A stretch of DNA of 32,000 nt from Candidatus Omnitrophota bacterium (lineage in GTDB: Bacteria > Omnitrophota > Gorgyraeia > 2-01-FULL-45-10). Location of the stretch: positions 569,789 through 601,788 of the forward strand of contig JAMWCX010000001.1 in NCBI GenBank assembly GCA_023818895.1, given 5' to 3'. The notes beneath the pieces were generated by a model. That model ran no database searches and had not been told where the DNA came from. It saw only the letters and a list, made by a program, of their open reading frames with translations. Both the position numbers and the translations under genes were made by a program. Numbering within the stretch: position 1 is the first letter of the stretch; every line of letters begins with the position of its first letter. Positions 1 through 7,756 of the stretch are shown one piece after another.

Positions 1-155
1 GAAGCACTACGAGTAGCTAATGAATCCGCCCTGAAAGATTGGAACTTTACGGCGTCGCAACCGGCATCGCGAGCCACATCTATAAGCGTCTTTGCGGTCC
101 TTACAGAACCGTTATGATTGACTCCGATCTCCGCAACTATGAATATCTTGCTCAC
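1..155 (-). CDS. neuB: Nonulosonic (sialic-acid-like) acid synthase, NeuB/LegI/PseI family; 5' end only, continues past the left window edge
   Basis: Not in the supplied ORF track because it is truncated. The minus-strand frame from GTG at 155-153 (GAGGG purine run 7-11 nt upstream) reads MSKIFIVAEIGVNHNGSVRTAKTLIDVARDAGCDAVKFQSFRADSLATRSA. This matches the conserved NeuB-family N-terminus (IAEIGxNHNG ... GADAVKFQ). It overlaps the 3' end of the upstream acetyltransferase ORF by 44 nt in another frame. Confidence 0.8.
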   Translation of the reverse strand, partial: MSKIFIVAEIGVNHNGSVRTAKTLIDVARDAGCDAVKFQSFRADSLATRSA

Positions 156-795
156 TTTTTTCCCTCGCAGGGATACCAAAGACGGTACATCCGTCGCTCA
201 CGTCCCTTGTCACGACTGCGCCAGCTCCTACAGTAACGAACCTTCCTATTTTCAGACCCTGAAGAACAATTGCACCAATGCCGATATGGGAACATTCACC
301 TACTCTTACTCCACCGGCAAGTACTGAACCTACGGAAACATGAACGTGGTCCTCGATATAGCAGTCGTGCTCAATTACGGCCGCCGTGTTAACAATGACA
401 TTCTCGCCCACCGTGCAGTTAGCTTGTATAACGGCACCCGCCATAACCTGCGTGCCACTTCCTAGCCTGGCGCTTTTTGCAACAATAGCACTCTTATGCA
501 CTATCACTGGTATATCAAAATCATTTCGCAACCTTTCAAATACCTCTTTTCGCCTGACTGATGCCTTTACCGTACCTATGCCTATAGCAAGGAGCGGCAC
601 ACCTTTTTTGCCGAACATTCGACCAAGCGCACTTTCATCTCCAAGGACAGGATATCCAAGCACCTTATCCGACGTCTTCCTGTTAGGATCTATAATACCG
701 GCAACAGCGTACACACCCATTGAGAGCACTGCGTCCAAGAGCACCTTAGCGTGTCCACCACCCCCTACTATGACAACATTTTTTCTTTTATTCAT
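112..795 (-). CDS. Sugar N-acetyltransferase, NeuD/PglD/LegH family (left-handed beta-helix)
   Basis: The ORF track gives 112-813 with TTG at 813. I prefer ATG at 795, giving MNKRKNVVIVGGGGHAKV. An N-terminal Rossmann-like GGGGHAK segment is followed by hexapeptide repeats (VGENVIVNTAAVIEHDCYIEDHVHVSVGSVLAGGVRVGECSHIGIGAIV). This is the typical PglD/NeuD architecture. Confidence 0.85.
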   Translation of the reverse strand: MNKRKNVVIVGGGGHAKVLLDAVLSMGVYAVAGIIDPNRKTSDKVLGYPVLGDESALGRMFGKKGVPLLAIGIGTVKASVRRKEVFERLRNDFDIPVIVHKSAIVAKSARLGSGTQVMAGAVIQANCTVGENVIVNTAAVIEHDCYIEDHVHVSVGSVLAGGVRVGECSHIGIGAIVLQGLKIGRFVTVGAGAVVTRDVSDGCTVFGIPAREKSEQDIHSCGDRSQS

Positions 796-824
796 GTTTG
801 TCCGTAATAACAAAATAAGAGAGC

Positions 825-1532
825 TTATTTTTTATATATCGAGATTAAGTAAAAGTTATGCGGCATCACCGCATTCTTAATGAGCCGCTCTCCATTACAT
901 ATCTCGGTCCATGTTTTTATCGGGTCTTTACTCTTTGGTATATCAAACGGAATGCTAAATTTATCAAACGATGAGGATGCGACATCTTTGTTCTCCCTAA
1001 AATACTGTTCATAGGAATATCTAGAAAATGTATTGTATCCTGTATGCCAAAGCCGTTTCTCGTCTTCTGAATACCTATACCGTATCAGGCAGTCAACCGG
1101 ATAATCATTAACACGGGTAAAGATCGCTACCATGCCACCTTTCTTAGTTACCCTCAGCAATTCGTCGATTACCTTATCGAACCTGTCAAAAAAACCTATC
1201 GTACCCATGCAGGTGGTAACATCGAAACGCTGATCGTCAAGGCACATAGACCTTACATCGCCTAATACAAATCTGCATTCCTTTATCCTTGCCCGTCCTT
1301 CGCGTACAAGGACTTCGTCACAATCAAGCACCGTTATGTCAATATCACCGAATCTATGCCTAATATAGCTGGCAAACGCTCCTGTCGCTCCACCAACATC
1401 CAGCAGCGACCACCCTTTCCTGTTCTTTATAAAGTCCTGTATCTTGTCCCCCACTACCTTAAAATAATGCTTTGGTTTGCTAGGATCCGCTTTGAGAAGA
1501 CAGCCGGTCCTTTTATAATATGCTCCCTGCAT
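825..1532 (-). CDS. Class I SAM-dependent methyltransferase
   Basis: ATG at 1532. SAM-binding motif I is LLDVGGATGAFAS, followed by the acidic loop VLDCDE and a later GGMVAIF segment. It overlaps the upstream aminotransferase by 20 nt. Confidence 0.8.
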   Translation of the reverse strand: MQGAYYKRTGCLLKADPSKPKHYFKVVGDKIQDFIKNRKGWSLLDVGGATGAFASYIRHRFGDIDITVLDCDEVLVREGRARIKECRFVLGDVRSMCLDDQRFDVTTCMGTIGFFDRFDKVIDELLRVTKKGGMVAIFTRVNDYPVDCLIRYRYSEDEKRLWHTGYNTFSRYSYEQYFRENKDVASSSFDKFSIPFDIPKSKDPIKTWTEICNGERLIKNAVMPHNFYLISIYKK

Positions 1533-2745
1533 TTACTACCGCCTTTCTTCCCAGACAAATCTGCTCTTTACTAACCCTCCTACTAAGCCTTTCTTTCGCA
1601 AAAAAACTGGCAATCGTTGAAACAACTCGGTGTATATCCGATTCTTTCAGGTCTACGCTGCAAGGCACGTTTATGCATGTCTCGTATACTTCTACAGCAT
1701 GCTCAACCCTATAAGACATGTATCTTCGGTACATAGGCAGTGTATTGATGGGATTCCAGACAGAACGTACTTGTATACCCATTGTAGTCAGGTATTTCAT
1801 AAGCGGTTTTTTGCACCCCCGTGGTAACCTGATAGTATAAAACCAGAAATTGCTCTTCACTGTAGGCGTATCTTCCCATATTAATTCCACCTTATCTAAG
1901 CCAGACAACAACCTTCTATAAAGACGCGCGTTATCGCGCTTTATCTTTATGTACTCATCGAGTTTCTCCATCTGCGCCACGCCCATAGCGGCCTGGATAT
2001 TAGTAAGACGGTAATTATACCCTATCTCATCATGGTAATATTCAAAAGAATCCGTCCTAGCCTGCGTCGTAAGATGCCTAACCCTGGAGGCAATTTTCTC
2101 GTCATCGGTGACAACCATGCCACCTCCGCCTGTAGTTATTATCTTATTACCGTTGAAAGAAAGACACCCGCATCTGCCAAATGTCCCTGTCTTCTTGCCT
2201 TTATATACAGACCCAAGGCTCTCCGTCGCATCCTCTATGATATCTATCTTCCGATCTGAACATACACGAACTAGTTCATCCATATCGGCCGGATGACCAA
2301 AGACATGGACCGGAATAACAGCCGCTATTCTTTTCCCGCTTCTGATGTTGTAGGTAAAACCGTCATTTCCTATACGGGTCTTTTCCCTTAAAAAACGGGC
2401 AGTCTTTTTTATGTCAATGCAAAAAGTCCGGGGATCGCAATCCATGAAAACTGGATCTGCGTTACAATATCTTACTGCATTTGCAGTGGCTACGAAGGTA
2501 ACCGCAGGCACTATCACTTCTTCGCCCGCCTGCACACCGCAGGCTACCAGACTTACGTGCAACGCTGCGGTACCGTTCACCGTAGCAACCGCGTATCGGC
2601 TACCCAAATACCCAGCCACACAACTCTCAAAGCGTCTGACGTATTCTCCAGTCGAGGACACCCAACCGCTATCAAGACATTCCTTGATATACTTCCATTC
2701 GTTTCCCCTTATGACAGGGGTAGATATGGGAATCTCTTTCTTCAT
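1513..2745 (-). CDS. PLP-dependent sugar aminotransferase, DegT/DnrJ/EryC1/StrS family (LegC-like)
   Basis: The start ATG sits in an ATGA overlap with the upstream stop. DegT-family landmarks are GNEWKYIKECLDSGWVSSTGEYVRRFE, TVNGTAALHV, and the PLP-lysine context LSFNGNKIITTGGGGMVVT. It lies immediately downstream of a LegB-like dehydratase. Confidence 0.85.
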   Translation of the reverse strand: MKKEIPISTPVIRGNEWKYIKECLDSGWVSSTGEYVRRFESCVAGYLGSRYAVATVNGTAALHVSLVACGVQAGEEVIVPAVTFVATANAVRYCNADPVFMDCDPRTFCIDIKKTARFLREKTRIGNDGFTYNIRSGKRIAAVIPVHVFGHPADMDELVRVCSDRKIDIIEDATESLGSVYKGKKTGTFGRCGCLSFNGNKIITTGGGGMVVTDDEKIASRVRHLTTQARTDSFEYYHDEIGYNYRLTNIQAAMGVAQMEKLDEYIKIKRDNARLYRRLLSGLDKVELIWEDTPTVKSNFWFYTIRLPRGCKKPLMKYLTTMGIQVRSVWNPINTLPMYRRYMSYRVEHAVEVYETCINVPCSVDLKESDIHRVVSTIASFFAKERLSRRVSKEQICLGRKAVVNAGSIL

Positions 2746-3740
2746 ATAGCGTATAGTCCTGCTTTATGCGGCAGCATCTTTCCTTCAGCGCGAAACCACT
2801 CCACTGTTCTTACTATACCATCTTCGAGGGAGCATTGTGGCTTCCAGCCCGTAAGTGAACAGATAAGAGTATTATCTCCGAGCAACCTTTCCACCTCGCT
2901 ACCTTTAGGCCTTACCCTGCACTCTTCCGTTTCAATATCCTTATCGGACCCCAACGCCTTTAATATTAGCCGGGCTAGATCCTCTATCGATACCTCTCTT
3001 CCACTACATATATTTATCGTCTTGCCTATAGCCTGGTCGTTTTCCGCCACTGCTATTAGTCCTGTGCATATATCGCTCACGTAGTTCATATCCCTAAATG
3101 TATGAATATTGCCGAGTCTTATAGCCTTCTGGTCCGAAAGGGCCTGCGTAATTATTGTGGGTATGATGGCTCTTACGGATTGCCTCGGCCCATAAGTATT
3201 GAACGGCCTGGCTATTACCACGGGAAGACCGAAACTCAGATAGAAAGATTCCGCCATCTTGTCCGCCGCTATCTTTGTCGCGGCATACGGTGACTGCGCC
3301 TGCAGAGGGTGCTTTTCATCGATCGGTACGTATAAAGCACTGCCGTAGACTTCTGATGTCGACGTCATGATAACCCTGTCCACACCCAGATCCCTCGCGG
3401 CTTGCAGGATATTCAGTGATCCCCTGATATTGGTGTCGACGTACGAATCGGGCGAGTGGTACGAAAATGGTATCCCTATCAATGCGGCAAGGTGGAATAC
3501 GACGGCAGAGCCCTTCATGGCTTTTTTTACACCGTGCGGGTCCTTGGCATTACCCATGTGCACATCGATTTTTTTCACAATCGACTTTGGCAACGTATCG
3601 AGCCACCCCCATGAGTTAAAGGCGTTATAATAAACAAAAGCACGCACGTCAGCTCCTTTATCCAGCAGATGCTCGACCAGATGACTGCCTATGAAACCAC
3701 ATGCGCCCGTCACGAACACCTTCTTACCACTAAGTCTCAC
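2742..3740 (-). CDS. NAD-dependent nucleotide-sugar 4,6-dehydratase, extended SDR (LegB-like)
   Basis: GTG at 3740 follows a strong GAGGAGG Shine-Dalgarno sequence. It has the Rossmann motif TGACGFIGSHL and the catalytic STSEVYG and YAATK (YxxxK) motifs. The segments NSWGWLD and YHSPDSYVDTN resemble LegB-type dehydratases as I recall them. Confidence 0.85.
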   Translation of the reverse strand: MRLSGKKVFVTGACGFIGSHLVEHLLDKGADVRAFVYYNAFNSWGWLDTLPKSIVKKIDVHMGNAKDPHGVKKAMKGSAVVFHLAALIGIPFSYHSPDSYVDTNIRGSLNILQAARDLGVDRVIMTSTSEVYGSALYVPIDEKHPLQAQSPYAATKIAADKMAESFYLSFGLPVVIARPFNTYGPRQSVRAIIPTIITQALSDQKAIRLGNIHTFRDMNYVSDICTGLIAVAENDQAIGKTINICSGREVSIEDLARLILKALGSDKDIETEECRVRPKGSEVERLLGDNTLICSLTGWKPQCSLEDGIVRTVEWFRAEGKMLPHKAGLYAI

Positions 3741-4560
3741 TTTTCCTCCTCATTATCATATTGTTAAAAAAGAAATTTGAGCCGGCTATGAATGGACCAT
3801 TAACCAGCTCCACTTTATTATAAGAAAGTCTTCGCCTTGTATGCGCATCGATAACCATGACACCTGCCTCTTCTGCTATTAGCTGGCCCGCGGCTGTATC
3901 CCACCCCATAGTTGGACCCAATCTGGGGTAGACATGTGCTTTTCCCTCAGCAATAAGACAGAACTTGAGAGAGCTGCCAACTAAGATATATTCAACCCTA
4001 TTATATAGTTTTTTAAGGCCTTCGACATACTCCTCGAGCTCTTCCGTCCTGTGCGATCGGCTCACTGCTACAATTATCTTATCTTTGGGAGTTTCATCGC
4101 TGATGCGGATCCGCTTCCTCCTACCATCCCCAGCTATCTTGAAAGCACCCCTATCCTTTAACGCATAATATATATCTCTATAAATAGGCACGCCAATCAC
4201 GCCCACAACCGGTGCACCATCCTCTATAAGCGCAATATTGATGGTGAACTCCTCGTTACGCATTATAAATTCCCTCGTACCGTCGAGTGGATCGATAAGC
4301 CAAAAAACGTTCCAATTCTGTCGTACTTCGTACGGAACAACGTCCTCTTCCGAAACAATCGGTATGTTAGGATAGAGTGCCTTAAGCCTGCTCTCTATAA
4401 AATCATGAGACAACTTATCCGCAAGTGTAAGAGGTGACGAATCCTCTTTGTGCTCCACGAAAAGCTCTTGCCTTCTATAGATATCTAGAATCTTCTCCCC
4501 CGCTTCACGGGCGATTGTTATTACCTCCTCGACTTTTATACCTCCAAAGGTGTCCCGCAC
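3730..4560 (-). CDS. cysQ: 3'(2'),5'-bisphosphate nucleotidase (PAP phosphatase), inositol monophosphatase superfamily
   Basis: GTG at 4560 has AAGAGGG upstream. Metal-binding and substrate motifs are VSEED, WLIDPLDGTREF and WDTAAG. It lies directly downstream of the PAPS synthase. Confidence 0.85.
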   Translation of the reverse strand: MRDTFGGIKVEEVITIAREAGEKILDIYRRQELFVEHKEDSSPLTLADKLSHDFIESRLKALYPNIPIVSEEDVVPYEVRQNWNVFWLIDPLDGTREFIMRNEEFTINIALIEDGAPVVGVIGVPIYRDIYYALKDRGAFKIAGDGRRKRIRISDETPKDKIIVAVSRSHRTEELEEYVEGLKKLYNRVEYILVGSSLKFCLIAEGKAHVYPRLGPTMGWDTAAGQLIAEEAGVMVIDAHTRRRLSYNKVELVNGPFIAGSNFFFNNMIMRRKSET

Positions 4561-4561
4561 C

Positions 4562-6346
4562 TTATACCCTCTTCCCGCTCTTCGCCCAGTCTATCAACAC
4601 ATCCACAACTTCTTTCCTCGAGAATTCCTCCGGAGGATAGATGCCGCCTTTGAGCATCTCGCGCACTTTTGTACCGCTGAGCTGAAGATGGTCTGTCTTA
4701 GGGTCATGCGGGCAGGTTTTAGCGCTCGCCATATTGCCGCACTTTTTGCAGAAAAACGAATTTTCAAACCTGAGCGGCGTTATGCCCAGCCTGTCGGCCA
4801 GCGAAACAAGCAGTTCCTGCGCTTCATACGGCCCGTAGTAATTGCCAACTCCGGCATGATCGCGCCCTATAATGAAATGCGTGCAGCCGTAATTCTTCCT
4901 GATGATCGCGTGATTGATCGCCTCGCGAGGTCCCGCATATCGCATAAATGTGGGCAAGACAGAAACAACTATCCTATCTTTATTGAAATAGCCTTTTATA
5001 AGAGCCTCGTAACACTTCATCCTCACCTTCGCAGGAATATCGTCCGGTTTTGTCTCTCCCACGAGCGGATGGATAAGTACCCCGTCGACCGATTCAAGGG
5101 CGCATTTTATGAGATATTCATGGGCTCTGTGTATCGGGTTTCTGGTCTGGAACGCGACTATGCTTGACCAGCCCCTTCTCCTGAACTCCTCGCGCGTCTG
5201 CCGGGGATCGAGATAATACGAGGATTCTACTTCGCTTCTGCGAGGACGGTTTAAGAGTGTTATCTCGCCCCCCAGGAAAGTATCTGGGCCTTCCATTATA
5301 ATCTTAGCACCCGGATGGGCCTTGTCATCAGTTTTAAACACGCCCTTACAAAAAGCGTCCTTGGGATAGGTGAATTTATCCGAGACTTTCATCAAAGCTA
5401 TGGGCCTTCTGTCGCTCTCGCAGAGGACTATCTCTTCACCGATACTTATTAATCGGGCATCTCTGTCATCTACAGTTAGAATTATTGGCACGCCCCACGC
5501 CAAACCATCTGAAAGAGCGCATCTCTTGACCACTTCATCCACATCATCTCGGTTCATGAAGCCGCTCAATGGGCTGAACGCGCCCACAGCCAGCATCTCA
5601 CAGTCCGAAAGGAACCGGTCCGCTACGATCACCTGCCTGAGAGAGCTTGCCTTTCTCAATAAAGCCTCTCTATCACCGCCTTCAGCTACTCTATTAATTA
5701 AGCCCCTCGAACCATATGGGGCATTAACACCCTTGGCCATTTTCCTGCCTATTATGTTATGCGCGATAAGATAATCGACTATCTTATCGACCGACTCATG
5801 CACCGAAAGCTTATCGGTCTCTATTATGATTTCTGGCTTGACTGGTTCTTCATACGGATCGCTTACACCAGTAAACCCTTTTATTTCTCCCGCCATGGCT
5901 TTCTTATAAAGGCCTTTGGGGTCACGTTCCATGCAAATAGATACCGGACACTTGATATATACCTCTACAAATTCTCCATCCTTCAGAAGGTCCCTGACAG
6001 CCTTTCTGTCAGCGCGGTAAGGTGATATGAAAGCTGTTATAGGAAGAATTCCTGCATCCACAAATAATTTAGCAACCTCTCCTATTCTACGTATATTCTC
6101 TTCGCGGTCCTCTTTGCTAAAACCCAAATTTTTATTAAGTCCATGCCTCACATTGTCACCGTCAAGGACATAAGTATGCACACCCATATTATTAAGAAAA
6201 TGTTCTAGCTCATTCGCTATCGTCGACTTTCCCGATGACGGCAAGCCCGTAAACCAGATAACGCATGACTTGTGATCCTTTATCGCCTGGCGCCTCTCCC
6301 TACCCACCTTGTGCTCATGCCACACCACATTCGTCGCTTTCGACAT
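4562..6346 (-). CDS. sat/cysC: Bifunctional adenylylsulfate kinase (N-terminal) / sulfate adenylyltransferase (C-terminal), i.e. a PAPS synthase
   Basis: Residues 1-200 are APS kinase: P-loop [54 protein letters not shown]. Residues from about 205 to 594 are ATP sulfurylase: [59 protein letters not shown]. It is a single uninterrupted ORF with ATG at 6346. Confidence 0.92.
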   Translation of the reverse strand: MSKATNVVWHEHKVGRERRQAIKDHKSCVIWFTGLPSSGKSTIANELEHFLNNMGVHTYVLDGDNVRHGLNKNLGFSKEDREENIRRIGEVAKLFVDAGILPITAFISPYRADRKAVRDLLKDGEFVEVYIKCPVSICMERDPKGLYKKAMAGEIKGFTGVSDPYEEPVKPEIIIETDKLSVHESVDKIVDYLIAHNIIGRKMAKGVNAPYGSRGLINRVAEGGDREALLRKASSLRQVIVADRFLSDCEMLAVGAFSPLSGFMNRDDVDEVVKRCALSDGLAWGVPIILTVDDRDARLISIGEEIVLCESDRRPIALMKVSDKFTYPKDAFCKGVFKTDDKAHPGAKIIMEGPDTFLGGEITLLNRPRRSEVESSYYLDPRQTREEFRRRGWSSIVAFQTRNPIHRAHEYLIKCALESVDGVLIHPLVGETKPDDIPAKVRMKCYEALIKGYFNKDRIVVSVLPTFMRYAGPREAINHAIIRKNYGCTHFIIGRDHAGVGNYYGPYEAQELLVSLADRLGITPLRFENSFFCKKCGNMASAKTCPHDPKTDHLQLSGTKVREMLKGGIYPPEEFSRKEVVDVLIDWAKSGKRV

Positions 6347-6349
6347 TTC

Positions 6350-6910
6350 CTATACCCTTTCTTCGATGCGAGCGGCGGTATTGCCATTTAACAAAACGCC
6401 CTCTGTCGATTTATTCAGCACCATCGCGTTAAAAAGATCGAACATGCTCTGCGCCTGCTCATAGAGATCCTTTATCTTGGCAAGCCTCTCTTTAAATACC
6501 TTTACCGACTCATCTCCGGACTCGTCTCCATTAACGACGGTATCTATCATATTGCTTGATGATCTTATCATATCATTCACAGCCGATAACCTGCTGTTCG
6601 CCATCGACTTGATCCTGTCTTTTATGACTTTCGAGATGTCAATATCAGCCTCATAATAATCCTTCCTCGAGCCTTTGACCCAGACCCGCCGCACCGCGCC
6701 ATACCTTTCAAGAGCCCTTATATTTACGCTGGCGCTGGCCTTGCTTATCTTGAGCCTCTTCACCATGTCATCGAGAGACATCGCGCCGTTGTGAAAATAC
6801 AAGACAACATAGAGTTGGGCCATTATGTTATTGAGCCCGAACTTACTGCATATCTGGTTCACTCTGTCCAGGAAAATATCCTGCGCTTCGATCAGTTTTT
6901 CCTTAGTCAT
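6350..6910 (-). CDS. Winged-helix transcriptional regulator, GbsR/MarR family
   Basis: ATG at 6910 has an AAGGA Shine-Dalgarno sequence. The wHTH core is MSLDDMVKRLKISKASASVNIRALERYGAVRRVWVKGSRKDYYEA. A long helical C-terminal region follows, as in GbsR-type regulators. Confidence 0.75.
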   Translation of the reverse strand: MTKEKLIEAQDIFLDRVNQICSKFGLNNIMAQLYVVLYFHNGAMSLDDMVKRLKISKASASVNIRALERYGAVRRVWVKGSRKDYYEADIDISKVIKDRIKSMANSRLSAVNDMIRSSSNMIDTVVNGDESGDESVKVFKERLAKIKDLYEQAQSMFDLFNAMVLNKSTEGVLLNGNTAARIEERV

Positions 6911-6925
6911 ATACCGTCCTTTAGG

Positions 6926-7645
6926 TTATTTTTTACAAACTATTATAAGATTCCGCGATAAAACTTTGGGCCTGTCCATACCTTTTTCAAGATAATATAT
7001 GTAGCCAAGCACTGCGGTCCACATGCTATTAAGTAGCCACCATAATATCCTCTGCGGCCGCATCTTCAGTCTTATCCTATCGCCACGAATAGCTATATCT
7101 TTAAATCCGGCTATCCTCATCACCTGATAAGCGCTTCTTTCGGTAAACCCTATCTCGTGAGTAAAATCAGTGTATCTTTGGAAAAGGCCTGAGACGCACG
7201 CCATGTTCGGCGTGGCAACCAGCAGGATTCCGCCTGGCTTAAGTGAACCATAAATCGAACGCAGATTCTCCCATAACTCGTCCTTGGAAAAGTGTTCGAT
7301 TACCTGATTCATCACGATAAGATCGTAGTGATTTGATCTTGAGTCAAGGTAGGAAGGGATAGAGGATATTACGCTTCCCTTAATGCCGAGCTTATTCAAG
7401 AACCTTATCTGCTCTTCGCCAATATCTATGCCTTCGATATTCGAGTATCCCTTATCTTTGAGATAGAAAAGAAACTGGCCTGCCCCGCTCCCTATCTCAA
7501 GTATATTAGCATGCTTATCGGAAGGCAAAAGATCTCTGAAATTGTCGGAATATGATTCCTGATTAGACCTGTGAACCTTTGTGTAATCGGAATCCTTACT
7601 ATCTATATAATTGCTGAATATAGCTTTCTTATAGTTATCGCCCAT
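6926..7645 (-). CDS. Class I SAM-dependent methyltransferase
   Basis: ATG at 7645. Motif I is ILEIGSGAGQFLFYL, followed by the acidic residue in IEGIDIGEE and the post-II motif LKPGGILLVATPN. It is the first gene downstream of the 7.7 kb promoter. Confidence 0.8.
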   Translation of the reverse strand: MGDNYKKAIFSNYIDSKDSDYTKVHRSNQESYSDNFRDLLPSDKHANILEIGSGAGQFLFYLKDKGYSNIEGIDIGEEQIRFLNKLGIKGSVISSIPSYLDSRSNHYDLIVMNQVIEHFSKDELWENLRSIYGSLKPGGILLVATPNMACVSGLFQRYTDFTHEIGFTERSAYQVMRIAGFKDIAIRGDRIRLKMRPQRILWWLLNSMWTAVLGYIYYLEKGMDRPKVLSRNLIIVCKK

Positions 7646-7687
7646 ATATAGTTAGGGTTGTTTTTAACGTTTAGAACGTTTTGAAAG

Positions 7688-7716
7688 ATGATAACAATTA
7701 AAGTTATAAATGTCAA
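7688..7716 (-). promoter_or_regulatory. Sigma70-type promoter driving the methyltransferase, regulator, PAPS and nonulosonic-acid genes
   Basis: The minus strand reads TTGACA (7716-7711), a 17-nt spacer, then TATCAT (7693-7688). It sits in the 111-nt AT-rich gap between the radical SAM stop (7757) and the ATG at 7645. Confidence 0.6.
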
Positions 7717-7756
7717 TATAATTTTAACATTATTTAGGGAGGCGAAGCACCGCTAT

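Noticed and set aside
386-5167. Other plus-strand ORFs of 100-205 aa (e.g. 386-880, 2411-2749, 2557-3084, 4550-5167), and similar ones further right (5370-5774, 10599-10955, 13158-13502, 19065-19490, 25333-25893, 29439-29891, 30333-30740)
   Set aside because: All lie antisense within well-supported minus-strand genes. None shows a conserved motif, and none occupies an intergenic space.
7740-7756. Possible terminator hairpin after the B12-radical SAM gene (GGTGCTTCGCC)
   Set aside because: The stem is 4 bp with a G-U pair and a 3-nt loop, and there is no trailing U-tract. It is not convincing.
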